A DNA stretch of 64,000 nucleotides from Anthoceros angustus. Lineage: Eukaryota; Plantae; Anthocerotophyta. The notes beneath the pieces are model-generated. The model did no database searches, was not told where the DNA came from, and was given only the letters and a program-made list of their open reading frames with translations. The stretch covers positions 744,001 to 808,000 of the forward strand of contig VJWM01000063.1 in assembly GCA_010909165.1 (NCBI GenBank), given 5' to 3'. This document shows, piece after piece, positions 47,831-59,855 of this stretch. Both the position numbers and the translations under genes were made by a program. Every line of letters starts with the position of its first letter. Position 1 is the first letter of the stretch.

Positions 47831-50699
47831 CTGTGGCCCCCGCTACGTGTTCTTCGCTCCTTTGTCACTTTGTGTTGTGGTTAAGCCCTTCCAAGACATG
47901 GTTTACACTGTTACAAACCCTAGTTAAGGTTGTTTGAGTAAAAACTTTTGTACTGTTCCATCAAAACTTTGCGTCAGGTTTATTGCGCTATCACGGTATT
48001 CCATATTTGCGATATTATTACATCTGTTTTGTTTCTGATACTCAAAAATAATTACCGAACTTCTTCGATTGTTGTAGTGGACGCAATTAAGAATTAGACA
48101 CTATTTCCAATGCACCCGCAGCTTTAGATGCCATAGTCGTACCTAAAGATTGAGGCAATTCATCCAATGCTACTAAGATATGGTGTGAAATGTTACATAC
48201 TTTGTCACATACATCATAAAAGTATGACAACCGTAGCCTCGGAATGTGCTCCGGTGTGGAGTGTTACAGCTTGTGTGACAATGACATATTTCAAGCCGCA
48301 CTGGCGGTATGCCATGATTCATTGAGTGGTTACGTGATGCCCACTTGAAATCGTCTTGTTTTATTTGCACGGGCTCGCCATGTCCATGTCCTGCAGAGTC
48401 ATGCCATTTCCGTCAGGCATGGGGCCTAGTAGGGCATGTCGGCATTTCGACGTGCATGGGGCCTGGAAGACTTGTTGGCAGCCATGCCTACAAGCATGTG
48501 TCATGTATATAAAATTCTTGAAATTATCATCCTACAGAAAGGATTTGAGCCTTTCTTAATATTTTCATACTATAGAAAAACAAAGAGAGGATTTTAGCCT
48601 TCAACCACTTATGGCGGAAAGGAGGCTCTACCACATCAAAACACCAATTTTTAACCACTTGTGCCGCAGAGGAGGCTCTACCACTTCACCATACCAATTT
48701 TGACGAAATCATAAAGTTTGTCTAACTATTTATCGTTAGATGTAATTACTAGTACAGGATGTGCTTGACAAAACCCTAAAACAGTCAATGTTTAGGACCG
48801 TGGTTTTGGAGCCCGGATGGCTTAACTTACATTTATTTAGAGCACATACCTTGTACAAGGCACTAGTACTAGTGTCGCGCTAGCGCGTGATCATTGCGAC
48901 CGCCCTATCGCAACTGGGGCCATGACTGCGGGCCCGGTTCTAACCTGGAAAGAGCTCAGTCACATGTGGCTACTCTCCCACACCTCTTCCAAGGTGCCAT
49001 TGAGGCTTGGTGTTTAAGCTGACCTAGCTGGAAGAGCCTATGGCACATGTGGGCCAGGAGATCTGGTTGGCGGAGGAAGCGGATGGTTGGTTGACCCGCC
49101 CTTTCGAACAAGGCTACGTGCGAGAGATTCAGACTGTCAAAAAATGCTTTCATGCATAGCAGGGAGGTTGAGGCGCTCTCTAGTTGGTTCTGGGACGCAT
49201 GCATCCTCGACTAGTTGCCTTGCTTGCCTTGCTAGTATTTGAAGCACCCACATGGGTCCCTCATGCTCCCTTGTTGATTCCTTGTTTGTTTCGGGCACCT
49301 GCATTTTCCTCAGGGACTATTTGTAATTGTGGCGTGCTTTTATAAAGTCTCGTGGTTTATCGCAAAAAAAAAGATGTAATTACTAATTATTGTAAGAAAA
49401 AGGGCATAAACTAGTTATTCTAAAAAAACATTGAATGCACCATGAATCAAACCTCCGATCTCCTGCATGCAAGCCAGGTACTCAACCACTTTGGACAAAT
49501 AGAAAGATTTTAAGCAATACAGGTGAATCGTTAAGCCTTCCCAACATAACGGGAGGTTAGAAGACTTACCATAACTTGCTTTACCCTGCCCACATAGTAC
49601 ACCAGCACCACCACCTTGTTGTTGACCAACCCGCGGGGCTGTAGTCTAGACCACTCATTATAGGAAAAAGTGGTTTAAACGATAGTTTAAATAATATTTT
49701 TTGTCATATGAATTGTTCATATGTCAGCACACAACACTAGGTCATACAAAAAAAAATGTCGTTCAAACTGTCGTTTTGAACTCAGCCTTGTAAATGACGT
49801 TCCAAACGACAGTTTGAATGACAAGTTTTTCTAAGGACCCTTATGGACTACCATTTCTGTCGAACTGATATCAATTCAATTCAATAGTTTAGTGCCAAGT
49901 GGACAACTCAGTTTCGGTCAGAATAGTCCAGTATGGAAATCCACATCAACTAGCTCGCAAACTAATGGCTAACGAACTGTGGCTTCTCAGGTAAGCATAG
50001 AAAACTGAATTGACAAAACTTTCGAAAGTTAAAGCGGATGTAGATGATCAGTAAAATAAAATGTACAATACTTTTTTTTTCATCTCCTTTCTCCTGAACT
50101 TTGGGTAATCCGTGGCGGTTCAGTTTAGGGTCCGAATTGGGAGAAATCCAAATAACAACCGATCATTTTTGCTACGTTAGTACATTAATGGTCAGTCAAT
50201 TGGTTGCCACGATAGATTGTGTTAATGTGCTGGTTCAAGCTCAGTTTGTTGTTGACTTGGTCGAGAGCTGTACCGAACTCACCAAAATGAGCTCCTGAAT
50301 TGGCACTGCGTAAGAGGTAGGTAGTATAGTAAAGCTAGGTTTTTCATGAGCTTAGACGGGGCAGACCCTATATATAAAAACATTCAGGTATACAAACATA
50401 CATTTACAAACATACATATAAATTTTGAAGACAGACTTAGGGCTGCTTTCCATGGACATCAATTTCCCTCCAAAATCCTTCACAGGCATTTAAAGCGAAA
50501 CTTCATGACAAAAATGGCTGAATCTGGGCAGGAAGTGAACTCCGTAATGATCGAGGAAGAGACCGCCTCTAGCGAAATGTGCAAGACACCGAACTGAACC
50601 TTCGAAGGGCGGGAACCTACGGCCTTTGCCAGGCTTTAGAAGCTCACATGACGCTGCCTTCCGGTAGTGTGAGGAGTTCCTACATGGCAGAGACTTTCG

Positions 50700-53600
50700 G
50701 CAGCGGCGGTAGGCGCGTAGACAACTCGTGGTCGTTATACTGAAGGATCCGCCTCCCATGAATGATGATTTAGGTCTGCTTTTGCGTTACATAATCGATT
50801 CTCACCTCACTTTATGGACGTTCAACACACATCCGTCATTTTGCTTCTTCTCGTGCGTCCACGAGCAGGCCGGTGTGGCCAAGCGTTTAAGGACCCGTTT
50901 GCGTCCGTATAAACTTCGCGTCACTCGTTCCTCTAGTCCGTTCCTCTCACCACTCTCACTACCCTCATCAACCTTGGGAAAAAGCAGTAGGCGCACGTCC
51001 GGACCTCCATCGCTCTGCAGGTCTCTCTCCAAGACTCTGCCGCCCGAGTTCCTCCGACTCACGTTCCGGTCGTTCGGCCGGGCTGCTACGGGCAGACAAG
51101 GTCCCCGATCGCTCTTCCCACCGCACACAACTCGTTGGGTCACGGGACCTTGATCGATCTCTCCGGGGCATCGTGCACCTTTCGGTGACTCGGGACTCAC
51201 GTTAGCAAGAAGAACGCAAAGTGCAGGAAGCGGCATCAACACCAGAGAAGATGATTTATTGAGCGGCCTCGGCCCTCTTATACTCGCGAAGGTCGGCGCC
51301 TTTATTACACCTCTATTACAGTGTGAGGGCTCATTGTGCTAACCGGCCTACTATTCTCCCTATCCTCCTATCCGGTCGGTGGGGAGAGATGGCCCTGATT
51401 CCTTCTTGGCACGGCGCCCAGCGAGCCACGGCGGCTGGCGCACCCAATCGGATGATCGCGGGGCGGGACCTTCCTCTCCCAGTGCAGCCGTGCGCCACGG
51501 CGGCGGCGGCAGCGGTCACCACCAAGTCCTCCTCCCTCCTCTCTTATCTCTCTGGCGGGCCCTGCGCAGGCCCTCAAGCTGGATCTCTGTGGTGATTGGT
51601 GGCTCTCCCCACTCCACAGTCGGGACCTCGGGACCCCGTCTCGACTCGGTCCGGACCTCTAGGTCAGTCTTCCTCTGAGGTCGGTCCCACAGTGTCAGGC
51701 CTCCTTTGGAGTTCGGACCTCGGTCCGGACTTGCCTGAGGTCGGTCTTGGACCCAACCCTTCAGGTCCGGACCTCGGGTCCGGTCTCGTCACTAGAGTCT
51801 GGATCTCTAAGTCCAGACTTCCTTGAGGCGGACTTGGGGAGACCTTTCCTCAGTCCGGACAAAGTCCGGACCAACTCTGGTTACGCCTCCTCGGGTGATC
51901 ACGGCTCATCCAGCCCTCCTTGGTTCCCGAATGCCCGGTTGCGCCCCTTCCATGGCCTCCCCAGGATCCTCCTCCCTTCCTTCCGTGCGAGGTGGGGTGC
52001 TTACCTCCTGTAGTGACCCTTTCTCCGGCTCCTCCTCTCCCTCGCAGCTTGCTGTCGTCAAGCAGCGCTCCTAGGGTCCCGTGGCTGCTGTCCCGGGTCC
52101 TTCCTCCCCTTTCCCCGCCCCTTCAGGGGTCCACCTCCTGCTGGTGGCAGGACCTCAAAGCCTTGAGGAGCTGCGTGGTAATAAGTAGTCGAATCGACTT
52201 GTTGAATCGCCTCCTCCACATGAGCCGGGCACCGGTACTCCCTCCTCGGAGGTGCTCCGGTGGGCATGTTGGCTGGCGCCGTCTCCGTGGCTAAGCTTAC
52301 CAGCGCGGGCGGGCGGACTCCTTGATGCCGTCAGGCCTCCGTCACCTCCTGCGGCCTTGGCACTCGGCGTTCTCCTCCTCCCGTTCGGCTCTGCGGTTCT
52401 GCGGGCCATGGGTGAGCTCCCTCTCACTTCACACTTGGGACGACGTGTTGCTTCTCCTCCGGTGCTTTCTTCCCTCCGTTTATCCTTTCCGGAGGTCGCT
52501 ACTTCCTTCTCCGGGCGGTATCCCGTCAGGCTCGACTTCCTCCACCTCCTGCTGCCTCGCGGCGTCAAACTCCTTGCAATCGCCTATTCTCCTCCGTCTT
52601 CAAGCGGGCTGGGCGCTCTATCTCACTCGAAGTCTTGAATTCTCTGGGTTGAGAACCCCTGCTTTGCTCGGATCGTCTTGGAGTTGCGGCTCAAAATATC
52701 CTTGCATCCTCCGACTCCTGTGCCGCCCTCTACCTCCTGCGTGCACCACAGGGTCCCGATCTCCCGGGTCTTGACCTCAGCGCCTCCTCACGGCCAGTGC
52801 TCATGCCTGCTCGGCCTTGAGGTTGGCCGCGGCTACCCGTCTCCCTCCACGGTTCGATCACGTCGATAGTGATCCCGGTCGACCTTCTTGTGGCTTCCGC
52901 TTCCCTTGCGCCTTGGTGAGCCTCTGAGTCTGCTGTTGGGCGGCCGGGCCGCCTCGGCTAGGTCTCGAGCCCTCTCGCCTCTGCTGCGCCTCCCTCCTTA
53001 GTTGGCGAGATCCTCGGCCGTGCTTGGGCCTCACATGCACCTGCACTCACTCGGTGAAGAAACTTAGTCGATCTGTCGAATGGACGGACTTCCCTCTCGG
53101 CCTCCGGCGCTTCCCTCCTCGATGCGGCCGAGGCTTCGCCTTCCTCCTCGCCTCTGGGCGCCTCCATCGCTCACTCTGGAGGGCACCATCGCCTCCTTGT
53201 GGCTTCCACCTCCACAGGTCTTCTCGGCCGTGAGACCCAGGCATCATCCATGGATGTAGGACCATGTCTCAGGCCCTTGGTGAGGCCCCAGAAGTCCGTT
53301 GTGGGCGGGCATCTCGATCGCCAAGGACCTCCATACCATGATCCGGGAGTCGGGCTGGGCTCTCCGGTCTAATCGGGCCCTTAGGTCAGTCTGGGGTCAG
53401 CCTCACCTTCTTTGGCCCTCTTGGCGCCAATTCCTTGTTCGCCCTCTTTCTCCACAGGGCTCGGAGGGGTGAGGGTTCGGGGAGGCGACCCTCTTGCCTC
53501 TCCCGTCGGGCAGGACCCGGCTCGGGTGGGGTGCTGCGGTGGCCTCCCGCTCCTTGGGCGGGCGTCCCTTTGCCCTTCTCACGCCTCTTGACTTCTTGCC

Positions 53601-54800
53601 ACTCCGTTGGCGAGGCGGCACAGGCGCCGTCGGGTGTTGCGTTGGCGGGTGGCATCTTCCGCCTCTTGACGACAGGTCACCGTCGGGGCTCATCAGCTGG
53701 TCGTGGTGGTGGTGATGTCGGAGGGCCGGCTCCATACAGGGCCGCCTCCTTTTTCTTGGCGCTCGGTGGGGGCACCGGGGAGGAGGAAGCGGGGATGTCC
53801 TCCCACACTTCCCTTGGTGGCGGGGAGTCCGCTCAAGCGTATGGGATTCCTCGATCGTCTTCCTCCAGCCCTCTTGCTCGGGACGGGCTTCCACCTCTGG
53901 TTCTTCCGCCTCCGGTGGCGGCGGTCCCTTGGGTGCGCTCCTCTTCCCCTCCCGGGGGTGCGTGCCACACATGAATTAGAGCAGCGATAAGCAGCGGAGG
54001 CTTCTCACACCTCGGCTTGAGCTTCACGATTGATCTGGCGAAGATGATCCTTCCCGATCGCGCCTTCCTCTACATGGCGCATGCGGGAACACCGGATTGT
54101 CACCAAGGTGATCTACCTTGGTGAGCATGTTCGATGGACAATTATCACGGCCGCTGCGCACCCTCTGTCGCAACTCAGGCCGGCCCACATTGGTGGTCCG
54201 TTGCGTTCACAGCTTCGATGCGGCCTTTGCGCCTCTATCTTCCCTCGGCCTTGAGGGGTTACGGGACTCGCCCCAATTTCCTCCATTTGGGCGGTTGTAC
54301 CGCCCTCGGGACCTCCACCTCACAGGGTCCTCTCGAAGGCTCTTAGGCCGAACCTCCTTGTTGGCTGCTGCCAACATCTTGGCGTACTCCGGACTAGGGT
54401 GACTCTTGTCAAATGTCGAGACTGGAAGCGTCCGGTGCCACTCCTCGACCAACTCCCCCTCCTCCGGCCGAAGTCAGGATAGCGGGGTGACAATGTTCGC
54501 TCCACCAAGTTCCATGGCGGACCTCCGCCCGCTTTCTTGGGTCCCATCTCCCGCTCCTTATCCCATTGTTGGAGTGTGAGGCTCCTTGATCGTCCGCTCC
54601 TTGGCGCGGCGTCAATTGCTTCCTCCAGTAGTGGTGGCAGAAGGTGCTGGGTGATCAAAAGACAACGCCCGGAGGGTGTCGAGGCGAGGCGAGGAAGATC
54701 GGCTGAAGTTACTTGGGAGAATGACCTCGCCTCACCGTCGGAAGTAGCAGTCAGCGGAGGGGTGGCTCTTTCTTTGTAGCTGTCGAGGGGCATGGCCTCT
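50700..54800 (-). mobile_element. Degenerate GC-rich retrotransposon-like segment: LTR-like part (TATAAG/AATAAA on the minus strand near 51280-51255), GGTCCGGA-rich repeats (51640-51870) and a broken low-complexity ORF from 54793
   Basis: Promoter and poly(A) signal spacing typical of an LTR, repeated TCGGACC/GGTCCG motifs and fragmented frames. No gag/RT/integrase motif was recognised, so the family is unassigned. Confidence 0.35.
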
Positions 54801-55569
54801 GTGCTTACACTTCGCCTGCAGCCTTCCGCCTACCTACTGCGCCTACCTTTTGTCGCGCGATGCGCAGGCGTGAATACACACCTTATCGGCCCCAGCAGTA
54901 TCTCAGTCTGGCACTGCATGCCGTCTTCCATTCCGGGCCGTCCACGTGGCGCCGCTCAGTCTAACTCACGACCCAACTTCTAAGTTACTTTCCTTGGCGT
55001 ACTTATCCTGCTTTGACCGGGTAGAATTAGGACTTATCCAATACCGGTCGTGGTCGAGGTTCTCGTAGGTAGTGGGGTCCAGATTAGTTCTCCAGATCAG
55101 GATGCTCGGAGCCACCAATCCGAGTCTGTCGGCTTATTCCTCTTTTTCAGCCTTATTTTACACTTCGAACCTACGAAAAAAAACAAAACCCAACTTATTT
55201 CCTAACCCCCAAGAGGAGTCCGTAGCCCACACCTTCTCAATTCTCTTACAATCCTTAGAGGGGATTGCAGGCTTCCATTGCACTCGTCGGTCTTGGATCG
55301 TGTGGCAATTTGCCATACCTGCATTCGGTGCAGATTTTGGAGGGCTGTTGCATATCGATGGGTCCAGAAGACGGTGGGTCTCAAGCCTCATTGCTGGACC
55401 AACCTTCCTTCCGTTCTTAATTGTCCCACAAGTCAAAGTACATCCTTGCCTTTAGCTTTGTTGCCGGGATTTGGCAGCTTCCATGCTTCCCCAATCTCAC
55501 AACTTGGTGTAGGCCCTGTGCCCATAATTTCGAGCACCATCCACGTTCCTCCCACGAACCAAATATTCA

Positions 55570-56346
55570 AGGCACCTCAAAAGTTGTGGACACTGCAGGA
55601 ACTTCATATCTTGCAAGCTGCTAAGAAGATTGACCACGAAGCTCGACTATTGGGTGGCAGCAAGGAGAAAAATAAGAAGGCCCCTGAACGATGGGAAGAG
55701 GTGGTCACCTATTGCAAGGCAGTAATGTGCCTGACCGGCCAAGCCTGAGAGAAGCAAATGGGGCGGTTGTCTCAAGATTGGAAAAAAATCAATGATCATT
55801 GCTGGCATCCACTAAGTGGTCAGGACATATATTGGCAAATAATGACGAGCAAAGAAGAAAGCGCCAGCTACCTTGACGAGTCTTTTCAATGCGAGCCAAT
55901 TGTGGTATTCGAGACTCACGAGCTCTTGCTCAGTTAGGAGCAATTGGGTGACACTTTACCATGCCACCGGTATGTAGCTTACCTTTCCGTCTTGAGACTC
56001 CAGTTTGTATTGGGCAACAAATGCGACTCAACCTATTGACCTTCATGCATATGTTGCAGATACTCCAGGTTCTTCTAGAGAGGCATCACCAGGGGATGGT
56101 TAGACCGAATCAACTGAAGACTTCCCGTCACTAGGACAGTCCTTAAAGACAAGCATGGAATCCGATGATCCAGCAGCTGATGGTTTGAATTCTGCTAGGA
56201 AGAAAAGGAAAGTTCTAACTGCGAAGCGGCGGGAGGACTTGTTTGTGGCCATTACCAGCGATTTTGTTGATCAGTTGAGCGCAACGGAAATCAACAAGGA
56301 GAAGAGGCATAAAGCGAACATGGAATTTCAAGAGAGAACAGCATAA
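55570..56346 (+). pseudogene. Trihelix/Myb-SANT-like (ASR3/GT-type) DNA-binding protein relic
   Basis: KLWTLQELHILQAAKKIDHE...RWEEVVTYCK...*EKQMGRLSQDWKKINDH...YWQIMTSKEE follows the trihelix pattern (WT..E..LI.AK / KW..V..YC / KW..L..DYKKI.D / YW.M...ER). C-terminal SARKKRK plus a helical tail; interrupted by stops. Confidence 0.65.
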
Positions 56347-58501
56347 TATTTGAAGCGGCTGAATATACATGAAGCGGCTACAGGGGTCTATATACGTGGA
56401 TCCGGGTTTAAGATGGTTATCAAAACGGCATGTTTCGGAGTAGGCGGCAAAAAACGACAGAAAATAAGGGTGAACATCACGGTCAGACACAGTTGTGCCA
56501 ACCACAGTACTGGAAAAGCGGTGCTCTCCCTGGCTTATCATGCGTTTCGCCGAGAAAAGTACCCATGTTCTCTCCCCCTCCCTGCAGGGGGAAAAAAGCT
56601 GGTCGTTCGAGTTTCCGGTGGCTTGTGTTGCAATCATTGTGGCCGAAACGGACAATTCATTGCATTTAAAATCACATGGAGACATATGGAACAACTATGG
56701 TATGGGTTTTGTAGAGGTTGTCATATCGGTAGAAAATGTATCTGCGATTGTTGGGTGTGGCATGGGCGGCATGCGGCGTCTTTTGCACTGCCGAGGGCTC
56801 ATGAATCGCGCAATTGTGTGTGTATTATCTGATTGCGAAACTAACACGCGTAGGAGCATATGGCGTCTAGGGTGGAAAGTGGAGCACAACCATGTCGCCA
56901 TCACAGTTCACATCTATACGGCAAATGTTTATGACTAGTGCATATGTGTAATGAAGCAATGTATTGCGCGTGTATTCGACATGACAAAAGCTAGTAGGCG
57001 CTACAGGTGACATTTAAGATGTACTCATCGGCATGAGTAGTCTGCATGTCTTAAAAACAATGTATATGAACATGAAACTTATGAGCACCTCGTGTCCAAT
57101 TTCAAACCCTATGCCATGAAAGAAATTAGGGATAAACATAAGGTTCCTTGTTATTTGATTGCTTAGCACATGTCATTACTCTTACTGAATCGAGACCCTC
57201 GTCCCGTCCACAGGCCTCATCTCCATCTTCATCACTCTCCATTGCCTCCTCCGAAGTGTATGGTTGAATGTGAGACGGCGCACTCAACTTTCCTTTATAG
57301 CTTTCTTATCTGCGTCTGATGTTTCCACAGTAGTGGTAGGCGTAGTATATAATAACGGTTTTCGCACAAAAACCTTTTGGATGTTAGGGCCCCTTTCCAC
57401 GACCTTTTTTGGCGGGTGGTCCAATGTCATTTCGGTCCTTTGAAAAATTCTCAACATACTTGCCCTCATAAGCATCCGTGTATTATCATCCGCCACGTGC
57501 ACAAGTAAATCATTCGGTGGCCCCAAGGTGCACACTTACAACCTTCGCTACCAGGCAGCCCTATTGTGTGTGTCACCCGCGGTGTCACTGATAAACATTC
57601 CTTCTGTATCTCCATTATATACGCCATCCATCCTTCTTGCCACCTCTTCTTGGCGTTCAATAGTTTGGTAGGCCCCTAGATACATGTCCACATGTGGTAT
57701 GTCATAAAGAGCCTCGTCCGGTCTGACTTCTTAGGTATGTGCAAAGGGGACTCGGGCTTGGTAGCGGCCCTATTACCATCTCGAGGGGTTTTCGAACAAG
57801 CCCAATGTTATGATCCACAATATTTGCGATTTCGTGTTGATCATTCCAATCCATCACCATTCTTCCTCCCGATGATCAAATATGTTGGTAGCTTCATGTG
57901 GAATGGGTTTTTGCATCGAAGGCCTTAAAGAGGCCACATTTACCCTCTATGTCGTTATAGTCCTAGGATTGATCCCAAGGGAATGGTTTTGTGTCAAGAT
58001 GTTCTAAAACTATGGATTCTAGTCCTCCTACAATCGGTTCCTACCCAGCCATAATCAACTACCGTGTAAACCCACGGCCGTGGTGGATTCCGACCACCGT
58101 AGTGGTGGGTTCCACGCCGTGGTGGACCCACCGTGGCAGCGTCGCGTCGACTATTTGGCGCCGGTTCCCACCGCCGCTTTAGTTAAGGGCTATGGTCCTA
58201 TGCCGATTCACATGTACACCAAGTCACACTCATGTAGTTCACCGAGCTCAGGTGGATGCACACCATGGCCCGCGCGTCGCGGCACCTCACTCCGTCATGA
58301 TTTCCTCGGCCCACAATTTATTCCCAACCTTCCTCGGCGTTCCGTTTCCGGACTCTCGCGCTCACCCGCCCTAGACTCCCCTTCACTGGCGACTCACTCA
58401 CCCCTTTCTTCTAGGACCTCCACACCACCGCGCACAAGATGTTCCCCAGATCCTTCCTAAACTCTCAAATACCACCACTCTTGGGCTCACCACTCTCTCT
58501 C

Positions 58502-58580
58502 GGGCCACCAGACCTCTCTTGGGCCACAGACCCCTCCTAGGCCACAGACCTCACACCTTGGGCCACAGACCCTCCTTGGG
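58502..58580. repeat. ~19-20 bp tandem repeat x4 (GGGCCACAGACC core)
   Basis: Directly visible. Confidence 0.85.
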
Positions 58581-59573
58581 ATTAGACACAATGGTTAGGC
58601 GGCGGGTTGGGAAAGGAAAAAAAAGCAGTGAGTCGGCTCCGCAGGCGGTCGCACACCCGATCTCACCCGGTCCCTGCAGAATTTCCCTCTCTGGCATGCA
58701 TTGAGCACCCTTCACCACTAGTCACCCAGGGGCGGAGCTTGGTCACTCTCTCGACCATCCGAGGATCTCCCGGCCCTCTTGTGGAGGAAGGCGGTGCCGA
58801 ATCGGATCCGTTGGATGTCTCCAACCAACCACAGCACAAATTCGACACAGGAGCTCACACAGGGAAATTGTCTAAGAGAGACTCGAAGGGTCTCTTATAC
58901 ATCAGCAACGGCCTAGCTCACTTTCCCAGTGTCTAAAGATGGCTAACCTACCTCCAGTGTCTAAAGATGGCTAACCTACCACGAGCGCGCCTACCAATTC
59001 GGGTATCTACAGGTTCACAAGCTTCCTAGCACCTTATCCTCTAATCCAAGTGAAAGCCTCTGACCTATGATGCCGCTCCCCTCTAAAATCAGCGCGCCCG
59101 CCTCCACTATGGCCACCTAGCCCTGCGGCCCATGGGTGTTCCCCTCGCTCTCCTACCACGCCTCTGATCTGGAAGATCCTCCCTTAATATCTCCACCTCA
59201 CTCCCGCTGCTCAGGGTCCCTTCACTCCTCCTAGGAGGCGTCCGTCTCGCCCCTGCGCGTTTCCTCGCTCCTCATCCTTTGGACAGCCAAGCGGTGCGTT
59301 CCTCCATGCTCTAGCCTCCTTGCTCATTTCCTCGAGCACAACCTTGTGAAGGGTATGCCCGGCTCCGTGGACAATCCACAGGGGTGTTGCTTGAAAAGCG
59401 TGGATGGTCCTTCCTTCACGTGGCCGGCCCGGTGGCTGCTGACGGCTCCACCACCTTCTTGACTTTGCCCAGTCTCTCTCTTGACCACGGCTAGCCTCAC
59501 CTCTCCGCTTATACCTCTCCACTAGCTTCTTGAACTTCTCGGAGGTGCCCGTCTCCACTTGTTCACAGGCCCC

Positions 59574-59855
59574 TGTTGAATGAAGGATCCCCACCTTATA
59601 TGAACAATTTTATTCCTAAAAATCCCAAGGTCAAGGACCTCTCTTTGGCACGATATTCCACGGGTTCGAGGCCCAAGGACTAGTGTTGTAAAATAATATT
59701 GTCATGGGCCAAGGACCCATTTAATATAAAGGCCTTGCCTCGGACATTTCTAAGCACTCCATCACACAAAACATAAGAAAACAAAAAAACATTCAAACCA
59801 ACGATCCAGGGAGGGTTAGTGTACGTATGGTCTTCCACACTTCACGGATCCAACA
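59574..59855 (+). mobile_element. Possible short LTR (TGTTG...CAACA)
   Basis: 5-bp terminal inverted ends and internal TATAAA; no matching target-site duplication. Confidence 0.25.

Noticed and set aside
49652-49823. CACT-start with a 20-bp hairpin (49757-49776 / 49804-49823) as a CACTA end
   Set aside because: The terminus is not CACTA/CACTG and no partner TIR was found; kept only as an unassigned inverted repeat.
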